NCBI RefSeq assembly: GCF_022045235.1
Contig: NW_027266273.1
Location: 16,058,001-16,122,000 of the forward strand
Length of the DNA stretch: 64,000 nt
Direction: 5' to 3'
Source: Haliotis cracherodii
Lineage: Eukaryota
Part shown: one piece after another, positions 25,206 to 36,073 of the stretch
Layout of the letters: each line of letters opens with the position of its first letter
Position numbering within the stretch: the first letter of the stretch is position 1
Made by a program: the position numbers and the translations under genes
Notes under the pieces: model-generated
Told to the model about the DNA's origin: nothing
Databases searched by the model: none
What the model saw: only the letters and a program-made list of their open reading frames with translations

Positions 25206-26626
25206 ACCCATTCAAAGGCTAGTCAAACTAGGGACTTGAATCGAAATCATTTTTGTGAGTTGCGTCCGACCGTTGACGGTGCCACGCAATGAACCATATC
25301 ACCGAAAAGTAACCCTCTCCGATTGTCGCACCTCACGGCAAGCATAGTTACTTGTGATATTTTCTATGTGACTGACACAGGTTTTGCATCTATACACCAA
25401 TGTTTTAGGGTCGGGCTTATGAAATGGTAGGAATTGTATTTTAGAGCTTTCGAATGATAATGGAAATGTTCTGTTTTGCTTTCAAATATCGTTGAAGCGT
25501 CTTTGTGCATTGCTAAACTCAAGTTTACTTTTTAATTTTTGTTATCATTATGATTTGCCGTCCGTTAGAAACGATAGTATGGACCAACGCATCATTGTTG
25601 ATTGAACTGCAGACAATCTTTCGTGGCGTAATTAGGTAGTGATTCAGCTGACACCTGCTCTTGATGTAGTCGGAATCAAACAATCGACTTTCTTATGACT
25701 ATGGTAAGGGTTGTTTCGCTTTTATTTATGTGATTTCGTCGTCGTATCACTATTGACGTCATGGGGGCACTATTGCTTCACTATACGATTTTTATAAGGG
25801 TAACTACTTGTTCAATACAGCAAATTCAGCGAGGGATGAGTAAATATAAATCTAAACTCGTGTTAATAACCCTAAATTCCGATAGAAAACTATCCCTTTC
25901 AAAATGTCTTGATCTTCATTGCTTCGTCTTTAAAATTCAAGAGACCATTCACCAATTTTCAAACATAAAATGCATAAAAATAAGAAATATGAATATTTCA
26001 TGATTGGCATGGTACATTAGCGGAGTTTCCTTGAAAGAAAATCCGTGTATGGTGCGCAGTTTTAGACAGAGTTCTTCCAGGTCTACATTAAATATCAAAA
26101 AGTGAATGAAAGTTTGAAACCTTTTTATCAGATTTTTGTCAGATTTTTGTCAGATACTAACATATTTTGGACCGTTTTGAAGAAACGTTCACCATTTTAT
26201 CCTTCCTCTTCATCATGTCACGGGCACCAAAGTTCTGAATGACGACTGACTGTTCTGACAGGCGTACAGTACTTCGCGCGAACCAAATGTGGACAGGCCG
26301 GATGTGTGTACTGTCAAGTCGGCAGCTTTGAGGGCGTCACGCCTCTCGTTAAACCGCGACAGATCACATCTCACTATGGCTGTTCGAAAACAGGTGTTGT
26401 TACAAAACACAGAACCCATGTATGTGTTTTGATCAAACAGGACATTTATTTCAACTAAAAACAAAAACGATTTCGAACAGTTGGTTTGAAACGATGAGTA
26501 ACTAGCATATAGTAATATATGCATGTAGGGCCGTCATCTTGGCTATTGCTCAGTAAGATTATGTAGGATGCAAAAGTGTTGTCAAATTTGGACAAAAGAG
26601 ACCCATATCAATTCCTTCAGCATGGT

Positions 26627-27140
26627 TGGGTCGCCTACTTGGTCTAGTGGATAGAGCGTCGGCACAGAGAGCAAGGAGTCTGTGGTTTGATCCCAGCCGC
26701 ATCCCAACAAAAGACGCTAAAAGATACTTGTTGTGGCATTAATTGGGATAAGCACGGACTGGTCGGCTCTGAATCTGAGTAAATAATAAAATATATAAGC
26801 ATGCCGAATGTATTTGAACAGGACCAATCTTTGCAACAATTGCATAGCATGTATTCTGATTAGCTGTCTTCACTGCAATCTCTTCCTCTCTTTTGCTATC
26901 TGATAATTTATGTTTCCCTGCCTTGGGCTCAGCATTAAGGGGCTAAAACAAGGACCGGTCGGCTGGGAGTCAGTATACTGTGTCTAAGTGGTTTATCTAT
27001 GTTAAACTGCGGCATGGTATCTCAGTGGACTAGCACTATAAAACAGGCATTAGTTCGGGCAATCACAAGCAGGCAAACACACCCACGTGTGCACGTCGCT
27101 ATATAAGTGCAGTAATCGTTAACGTGACATTAAACCCCAC
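26627..27140 (+). mobile_element. Old Deu/Nin-domain-like SINE, in two pieces
   Basis: tRNA-like head GGTCTAGTGGATAGAGCGTC...GGTTTGATCCC; body GCTCAGCATTAAGGG...GGTCGGCTGGGAGTCAGTATA...CAGTGGACTAGCACTATAAAA; domain assignment is from memory. Confidence 0.55.
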
Positions 27141-27369
27141 ACCATCTCACCTTATGCAATGAGTAATGAGACAATGTGAAAACTGTCACAGCTGTCACTG
27201 GTTCTACACATGCTGTCCATGGAATAAGTTCATGTCTGTAAAACGTCAGACGCATATCTGGTATAGAAATTCAATATGCGGTCATTGTGTCAACTTGATG
27301 CATGCTTCACGCGTTTGGTGTGGCATGTGTGAGTGACACATAATTAATCTATCATCATTATTGTTTGCC

Positions 27370-27724
27370 TTTACTCAACTAAAACCTTAGAGCGTCACTC
27401 AAGTAATGACATACAAGGTCTCAGTAAAACTTTCAAAACGTTTCATAGTAGACATGTGGAAGATATTTCCAAATTTGACGCATCAGCGATAAAAATGCAA
27501 TTCCCTATTTCCCGCGTTTTTTCAGGTGAAAAATTGACTTGCCATTGCATGTGTTTGTCACGGGTGCAACAGGTGGGGATAGACACCTTTTCGAGAAACC
27601 TTGGGGGATCACTAATGAGTTGTTACTGATTCAATAACACATTCTCATGGTATAGTCGGAGTCGTACAACGGATTGTAGCAGGTATTTCTTATCAATATG
27701 GAAAGGGTTTTGTCGCTTTTATTT
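27370..27724 (+). mobile_element. Penelope-like element C-terminus plus 3' UTR
   Basis: Encodes IQGLSKTFKTFHSRHVEDISKF, parallel to 13930-13985; ends GGGTTTTGTCGCTTTTATTT. Confidence 0.8.
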
Positions 27725-29619
27725 GGAACAACCGCTCATAAACGCACTTAATGAAGTTTACATGAAGAGCACAGGCAAATTATTCACCTGACAGTTTTAC
27801 TAAATACCAGCGCACACTCATCCGACAGAGCAGATTGACATGCTAAAGTACAATATTTATTTATTTTGTTCATTCATGTTTGTGTGCCCGTCCTGAGAAC
27901 TTAACTACATGTAAGGTGACTCGATATCAATCTCTGAAAAAGTTATATAATTATTCAATACATACGAAGCCATACGTAAGTGAATAAGCCTTGGTATCGG
28001 ATTATATACAATGTTAATTTATTACTTGCAAATGCTGCCTGTCGTCAGTAATTGAGATATATCACAAATCGATGGAATCCTGTCGTCTTCCCATTCTAAA
28101 CGTTATTACATCTTTGAAGGATGGTATTGGCGTGACAGTCCCCGTTATAAATACACCCCAGCGATTCCTCTAATTGACATCTTGAGACAAGCATTGTGGG
28201 TAAATATATGACTCTCACCCTATCTATTCTGACTTGTGTCGCAGTAGTGTATCCATACATATGTACGCCCTTTCGACTCGATATCACCGGCTATTTGATT
28301 ACGATGGTCTGGGCATATCGTCAGGGCATGCAATAAATCGCCCGTCGCAATCTAGCCAGAAATGCGTGATAAACGTTACAAAATTACAGACTCTGCACGT
28401 ACCATTTTTACACTTGATCGTGGTTTATGTTGCAGACAGTGGGACACAAGTAAGATACACTCAGACCTTTGGAGAAATAGTTCTTCTCATAAACTGGATT
28501 AATATGAATAACGCATACTGATCCCAATAAGTATTTAGCTGTTCCCCAAACATATGCTAATAAATCGACGTGAAATATACCACGACGTATGTAGATGCGA
28601 TCACACCACGACGGTGCTCCAGAGCTGTCACGTATTTCTTTGGATCGTTGATTGAGTAGTATATCCTGTTGTTCTGTGGAAAATAGGTTTATCTTTGCCT
28701 CTTGATGATCTTGCAGGCCTCATGTTTTTTTCAGCTGGTGGACTGAAGTCCGAGATTTTTATCTCAAGCTCTGTAGCGTTTATAAATTTTGCTGAGTCAA
28801 CTATAAACGACATGTGTCGGGTAAGACGTTAAAACTGCCCTCATCAGCCTCCACAAACATATTTCTTTAATGTTTATCTTTACCTGTAAGCAGCAGAATC
28901 GCTCTTGGACGCAGCAAACGTAATTAAAAAATTAACACATTGTGTTTTTGTTTCTTCAAAATCAGTAAACGCCTGTCGTGTCACTGGCTTGTTACAGGAA
29001 TGTCAAATGGCAGGATTATTGCTGGATGAGGCGTCAGGCGACAAACATCCATTTTGTATGCAAATTGTGTGAGTGGCGGGTGATGTCGACAGAGCAGGAC
29101 ATGCTTAGCGTTTTCGGGAACACCTGGAGTCATCAATGACGTAGACGTTATATAATTATAAACATTACATCTAATAGATAATTCTAATGGATTGTATTTT
29201 GTCTTTCAGAATATTCACGAGTTCCCGAAAGCACCGCTGCTTAAATGTAAGTTGCAACTTATATTACATCATATACATGTACCTATATGTCACTAATAAC
29301 TCAACAACTCAACACTCTAAAAACAACTCTCTAATTTGTTTTAATAACATAAAGGAAAGACATGTTTCATGACATGTTTCATGAATTAGACAGTTTGTCT
29401 TGCAAAAGGAATAAGAACATTACATGGAAGATAGAAAACAGACTGAGTGCTTCACATTAAATCAATACATTTATGAAAACAACTTTATTTTCGAAGTTAT
29501 AAGTTATATAAACAATTCCAGCTACACTATTTTTTTATATTTTTCAAAATATTTTTGTATTATTTAAATCTTTATTCACATTTCAAATAAAATACAATGT
29601 GTAACATTTCAACAATTAT

Positions 29620-30252
29620 ACATTATTCAAAATCAACTTCCTTTACATGAAACATTCAAAACATATTGCAAATATAGACAATCATAATATATGGTATCAT
29701 ACTAATATTCTTTGATAGGATTGAAACGTCTGTGGAAGGAAGACCAGAAAGCTGTATAATTGCAATTTGGGAATGCAATTAATTTCGCCATATTGTAGTA
29801 CTAGCTGGGAACCCTTTCCTGATTGTTTAAACACAATTTTATTTTGTTGTTTCAAAAAGACAGCGTGATAAGAAATGTTTATAACAAAATACTTAATTGC
29901 ATCGTGATATAGGTATAATCAATATGAAGCTCAATATGACGTACAGAAATACACTGGAAGGTTGTCCGCTGTTCTCTGGGACCTCCATTATGCTCACTAG
30001 TTGGAAAGGTTGAATAGACGGAATTATTTCGACGTATATATTGGCAGAAGCGGGAAGGACTCCTTCAACGATATAAAAACCAGTGACGATCATTTTCCAA
30101 AGACGCCTGTCTCTCAGAGGTTTCCGTGGTAACGTCAAATTAAACGTCATCGCAATATGAAAGTCCATACACGCCACATAATGTAAAAGGAAGCTAATTT
30201 GAATAGTAGTCAAAATTTCAAAGAAATATGAAAGTTGAAATGCGAATGTGAC
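29620..30252 (-). pseudogene. Decayed family-B (7tm_2; Methuselah/adhesion-like) GPCR exon
   Basis: Acceptor-like CACTGCAG then hydrophobic segments (ORF 29893..30327): SFLLHYVACMDFHIAMTF, IVEGVLPA, FILIIPIS; after frameshifts VINI/FLITL, MAKL, YVLNVSCKG, the order expected for TM3-TM7. Confidence 0.45.
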
Positions 30253-30627
30253 CTGCAGTGAATGCAGTGGGATTTGAGACTCGAGGTAGTAGAGGTGCTG
30301 TTTCTGGTAGGTCCTACAAATGAACATCCTGGGTGACAGTCGAGCTTTAGAACTTACTAAATAAGGCGCACCATTGGTGCCATGCTAAACCTACTGCCCC
30401 GTCATCGCCACTGCGACCGGTTTAACGTTCACTTACGCCTCCTCAGAGAACGACTACCAGTCTCGCAACCACCAGTCTTACATTTGTAAGCCTTTCGGCA
30501 GTCTGATCATTCAACATTTTCTCAAGGACTGTCACCTTGTGGGTAAGAATATGTCAATCTGGAATGTCAAACTGAAGTGTTGGAGCAGATAATCATGCAG
30601 GAAGCCGAGGTACTCTCAGTCCTCATA

Positions 30628-30895
30628 GGGGGCACGGGTGGCCCAGTCGTCTAAGGCGCCGCGATTCGCTGTGCAGAGAATCAGAAACCTATGATTGTGG
30701 GTTCGAATCCCGGTTCGCCCTGATTATGTTTCTAGGTTTGTCAGCACCATACCCGTGCTCGTGGGTTTCACCGAAGTGGTAAACGTCTGAGACCTGCATC
30801 ACTTCGGGCTTTCCTCCCACATTAAGCTGACACGCCGCGATATAACTGGAATACTGTTAAAAGCGGCGTTAAACCAAACTCACTCACTCACTCTA
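30628..30895 (+). mobile_element. Family B SINE, short deletion in the head spacer
   Basis: Matches the 17586 copy; TSD AGTCCTCAT at 30618 and 30896. Confidence 0.92.
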
Positions 30896-31766
30896 AGTCC
30901 TCATGATCCCCAGCGAGGTGGCCTAGCTTTGTTTACACATTTGCATGCACGTTGCTTTATAAGTGCAATAATCTTGAACATAGCCCATGTTTTAAAACTG
31001 TATAAAATGAAATTGGTATGCTCAAATATGTTTCATAAATAGTTTTCAAATATAACTTTGCATAAATAACTAAATTAGGATTACATTGCCTTCGACTCGT
31101 CGCTACATGGCTGAAATAAAGCCGATGCGACTTTAGATTTTGACTCACTCACTCATCCATCCCCAAAACGTCCCGAATAATAATAGCATGTCAATATGAG
31201 CTAAGGTAGAAATGTTCATTCTTGAAATTCGAAAAATACAAATTATATCGCCATCGTGCGTGACGAATCTGTATATCACCAACCCGTCAATCTAGTCACA
31301 TCATTCCAACCAAAGATATGGAAAGGAATTTCGTTACGATAGAAGTACCGCATAAAGCATGCCGTGTCTTAGGTCAGTCATGAAATCAGCGAGACCCCTC
31401 TAAAGTGCGAGGAGAGCGTGTTACTCTGTGAACATGGACGCTAACGATGCAGTTAGAACCGCTCTGATAGTGTACGTCCCATTCAATTAACCGTGATGAC
31501 CACCTGTCTCCCTACAGAGCGCTAGCATCCTGTCGGTCGAGGTATCCTGCTCTTCATATCCTTGTATGTGACGTGTGACGCGAGGGTGGGTATCAAGGAT
31601 TGATGGAAGCGCTTATCATTAGAATACCCAAGATAAATACTTGCTTGCTGAAGCATTAATATTGCACAAATGTCTCGATGTTCAAATGTTTCGTTGACAT
31701 CTTCTTCCCATAGTTTGGCCGATGTATTTATTTTTACTGATGCCCGTTCTCCTCTTGCACTTAAAA

Positions 31767-31920
31767 GTGAGTGAGTGAGTGAGTGAGTGAGAGCGTTAGG
31801 TAGCATTTAGTAATATTCCAGCAATATCATTGCAGGTCAAAAACCAATCATCACACATATGGTGAATAGATTCCGGGCCTTAGGCGTGACGAGGAAACTC
31901 TATAGCAGCTAGGCCACCAA
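31767..31920 (-). mobile_element. Family A SINE, diverged
   Basis: (GAGT)n tail, AATATTCCAGCAATATCA, GGCGTGACGAG. Confidence 0.65.
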
Positions 31921-32272
31921 TCCTCTCCTTTAAAAGGAGTTTAGTTGAAATGTGACAGTGTAGTTTTGTAAATGTACGACATATAACACGTTTTAACAGC
32001 CTCGTCTTGTGTCCTGCCTTTCAGTTTCAAAACCGTCATTTAAAGCTGTGACATTCAAATTTATCATTACAATTATACAAAGTACTCTCAGAATAGTTGT
32101 ATTAGCTTGGATCAGACAATACAGACATTTATAGGCGTGATTCTCATCTTGCGTTAACATGATGTCGGACTGGTCAATCTGTCTGAACCATCGGATCTAT
32201 CTTTGAACAGTTATTACAATACTAATGACAGCAGTGACATCAATTAAACACGCCAAAAGTTATTTCAGCGCC

Positions 32273-32438
32273 GGGGCGGTCGGGTAGCCGAGTGGTTAAA
32301 GCATTCGCTCGTCACGCCGAAGACCCGGGTTCGATTCCCGACATGGGTACAATGTGTGAAGCCCATTTCTGGTGTCCCCCGTCGTGATATTGCTGGAATA
32401 TTGCTAAAAGCGGCGTAAAACCATACTCACTCACTCAC
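32273..32438 (+). mobile_element. Family A SINE, full length and young
   Basis: Intact A and B boxes, tRNA-Asp/Val-like head; 12-bp TSD TATTTCAGCGCC at 32261 and 32439. Confidence 0.95.
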
Positions 32439-34489
32439 TATTTCAGCGCCATCTGTAAAGTCATTAGCACAGGGAGAGAAAAAAATAATCTAAGAACTTA
32501 GAGAACAAATATGGTTATGTAGTCTTAATTAGTTTGTAATTTATTCAAACATTGGCATTCCTTCCACATTAGGGATTGAGTTGATATTAAAAATCACATC
32601 GGCAATATTGCAACCATATCGCGATGAGAACAAGATAATCATTTCTAAATTCCTGTCAACAAAGGACAGTTAAACGGTTCGGTAATATCACTATTGAAGT
32701 ATAAAACAAACCAGATCAAATTCTTCTTCTATGTACTTAATGTTATCAATTAGAAACAGGCTAAAAACCACCAGCTCCTTCAACATTTAGCTGACACATT
32801 GTGATATTATTATAATACCTTTCAAACCAAAGTCACTTTTTCACTCACATAAGAGAAAAATATGTTGAAAAATATACGTGTGAATTAATTATATAAAGTC
32901 AACAATGCCATTTAGAAAGTGGTTAAATGTAATACATGTTATATTTGGGATAACACTTTCTTAGTAAAGCACATGTTCTAGTACTTTTGTGGGTTAAGTC
33001 CCATCCGGAATTCAAACCCTCACTGCCAGAGTGAGGTACCTAGAGGTACGTGATCTAGACGATCAGTTGTCGGACTTTCATTTGTGTGGAAGTTTCGGTG
33101 GCTGAGTGGGTTAGATAGATTTAGATGCTGGCGATTAGGTTTAAACATTAACCCATCAGTACCTGATGGAATCCTTTAGTTCATTAGGAAATCGTATTAG
33201 GCATTATAGAAGAGTTCGATAAGTGTACAATGCGCCAACCGATGACGGACTTGACATAACACTATCAGGTCCCAGGATTGACACCGGGAAGTTCTCATGG
33301 ACGTGTGTTACTTGTATGCACCTGAAACAAAAGTCTCTATTGGTTGGCATCTATTTGGATCGTTTTCGTGATTGGTATCTGCTATATCAGAGACCATTAG
33401 ATCACTTTTGCACAAGTTACGAATAGATGTTACGGTTCTATAGTCTCGGGATATATTTTCAAAATGATTTGTATGATATACAGTACTTTACGATGTGCCA
33501 ATGATATGAAGTGATCCTTTCCATATTCACAAGAAATCTCTTGTCGAGTGTCCGTTTTCGACAACATCAGGAACGTCTGTTTATGAATAATTATGAAATG
33601 GAGATGATACTAGGTGAAGAAAGGGGTGAACGTAAGTGAATCCTGTCCCAGCTGTCACAAATACATGCAAAGGCAAGTCCATTGTCCACCTGAAAAATAA
33701 CCCTAACACTACCTATGTCAAGACGATTTATTGCAACTACGGAACAACTGAAGTGTAATCCAATCTTGTCATCTGAAATCTCTGATGATACTTTGCACGT
33801 GTGTTAAACAACACCATGTCCAAACTAGACAAATTATAGACGAGGAATAAGTTCCAGTCTGAAATAAATGGTTCTGTTCTGATTGAAACCAGCAATTCCA
33901 AACCGTACGTAAACACGTTCTTTATAACATGACTTAAATAACGATTGCCCACTCTGTACAAACATTGCCTATGTCAATTACAGACTTTCATATCAACGTG
34001 AAACGATCAACCATTTCTTGAACAAATACATCTCAAATGTGATCAATTAGTGAAATTTATCAAATGGCCTTCATTGATGCCAATACCATGAATATTTGTC
34101 GAAACGTTTTCTTCATGACGTATTTTCTGTAAATCCGCCATGACTATAAACTTCAGCTGAACAGAAAATGCCAACGTATAAGAATTTGGAAAGTCCTGAC
34201 AGTATTTCTGGCACTAGTGTGAATTCTGTTGATATTTAATGTCATTATTTATTGGTCTCGCTGTCAGTAAAGGGTCATGTATGTATCTGCTGAGACAGTA
34301 ATAAAATGTTCCAATCATCCTGGCTGCCAATTCCCTTAAACTTGCAACCTGTTAATCCGAACGGTGCGAACCAGTGAAGTCATCGCTATTACCACATTAC
34401 GGATTAAGTGTATGTCAAGACAAATGGGGTTTCACTGTATGCATACACGTGTATGTTTGAGGAAACATTCCGGAAGCCCCTGAATCATT

Positions 34490-34735
34490 CTTTTCTCATG
34501 CAACCAGATGTTCGCGAAAAGGTAAGCGCATCCTGCCCCACCGGTGGCACTCGTTACAGACACGTGCATAGGCAAGAAAATTGTTCACCTGAAAAAAACC
34601 CATAAGGCACAAGTCAGAATAATTTTTGTCAAATTTGGAAAATGTCCTCCAAATGTCTACCACAGAACTTTTTAAAAAACTTTACTGAGGCCTTGAATGT
34701 TGTAACCTGGAACAACATAGTTTGAGTAAGAGTCG
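34490..34735 (-). mobile_element. Penelope-like C-terminus plus 3' UTR fragment
   Basis: Reverse complement has GGTTACAACATTCAAGGCCTCAGTAAAG..GGTAGACAT and CCACCGGTGGGGCAGGATGCGCTTACCTTTTCGCGAACA. Confidence 0.75.
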
Positions 34736-34759
34736 TTTTTCAGAGCTGCTTTTTGTTAG

Positions 34760-34996
34760 TGTGTTTGCTTTTTTGTATAATCAGCAGTACTCGAGCTATA
34801 GGATGGCGGTCTGTAAATAATCCATGTCGGGACCAGGCAATTCAGTGCTTGATACCATGAGCATCGATATTCGCAATTGGGATACGATGACATGCATCAA
34901 CCAAGTCAGCGTGTCTGATCGCCCGATCCCGTTAGCCGCCTCTAAGGACAAGCATGGGTTGCTGAAGATAATTCTAACCTGGATCTTCACAGGTCA
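34760..34996 (-). mobile_element. Family C retroposon, near full length
   Basis: Collinear with the 55855-56126 copy through to the GAC(C/T)..GTGAAGATCC 5' end. Confidence 0.85.
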
Positions 34997-35957
34997 CAGC
35001 GGCGTTAGAACACTAAAGTGAGGGAGTTGGGTTCTAACGCCGCTGTGACCTCTACCCAACTCCCTCACTATAGTGTTCTAATAACAATTATTTGAGTCAC
35101 GATTATGTATGAGTTAGTGAGTGAGTGGCTGAATGGGTTGGATTTGATTCGAACCTACGATTAACAGATCTTGGCACGGCAGGGCTTTTGTGAACCCTTC
35201 TTGATATATGATACCATTCATTCTCATTGCATGTGTCACAGTGGATGAAGGAGAACCATCTATGATGGACGCAAACGTTCTTCGCTGGCCTTCTGTTTAC
35301 AAGACAACGACATTCGAGCTTGAATTAGTCGCTCACTGCGAACAAAATCAATAGTGTAGCTGCGAAGTGACCTTGGATTATGCTTTGAAAGTTTAAATAG
35401 ATGTTTTGTTCGCGTGTGCAATACTCCGCTGTTATGGGCAAGTTATCGGACGGATATCTCAAGCTGACAGTGCTGTGTGAAAATACCATAGGAATTCTAG
35501 AATTTCAATCTGTCCAATCGTTTTAGTTAGCGCCGTACGTGGTATGGTTATGTGCCCTTTAACATCACTGAAAATCCATGGAAATGCGATGTCAAGTACA
35601 GGGCAAATATTCATGATATAAATCTTTTTTTTATTAAATGGTAAATTGGCAGTTATATCTGATTACTTTAGGGGGAAAAGGTCGGAGAGTTTGTTTGGTA
35701 TTAGCAACGTGACACTGTGATCCCCCTTGAGGCAAAAGCAAACTCGCTCCTAATTGGGCTTTTATAAAATAAATAAATGTCTATTACATTGTATATCAGT
35801 AAACGCTTAATATCAATAATTTAATCTGTGTTCGCAGTTAAACAAGCGCTCGATGAATACTGCAGACGTGACGAAAATACAATACGAGCTCGTAAAAATG
35901 ATTTTCTCTTTCTCTTTAGTGAGGGATTTAAAATTCACGGCGCTTTAAACAGTACAT

Positions 35958-36073
35958 TGAGGTTATAACGCGAATGTATCTGGGTATGGTAAATGGCCTG
36001 TATTAGGAATAAATATTTAGCGAGCCTTGGCGAGGATATTTGCCATACCCAAACACACAAGCGTAATAACCTC
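35958..36073. mobile_element. Foldback non-autonomous DNA element remnant
   Basis: GAGGTTATAACGCG..TGGGTATGGTAAAT / ATTTGCCATACCCA..GCGTAATAACCTC inverted arms; superfamily uncertain. Confidence 0.5.

Noticed and set aside
32273-32350. tRNA genes at SINE A/B heads
   Set aside because: No acceptor stem or oligo-T terminator; each continues into a SINE body and tail with TSDs.
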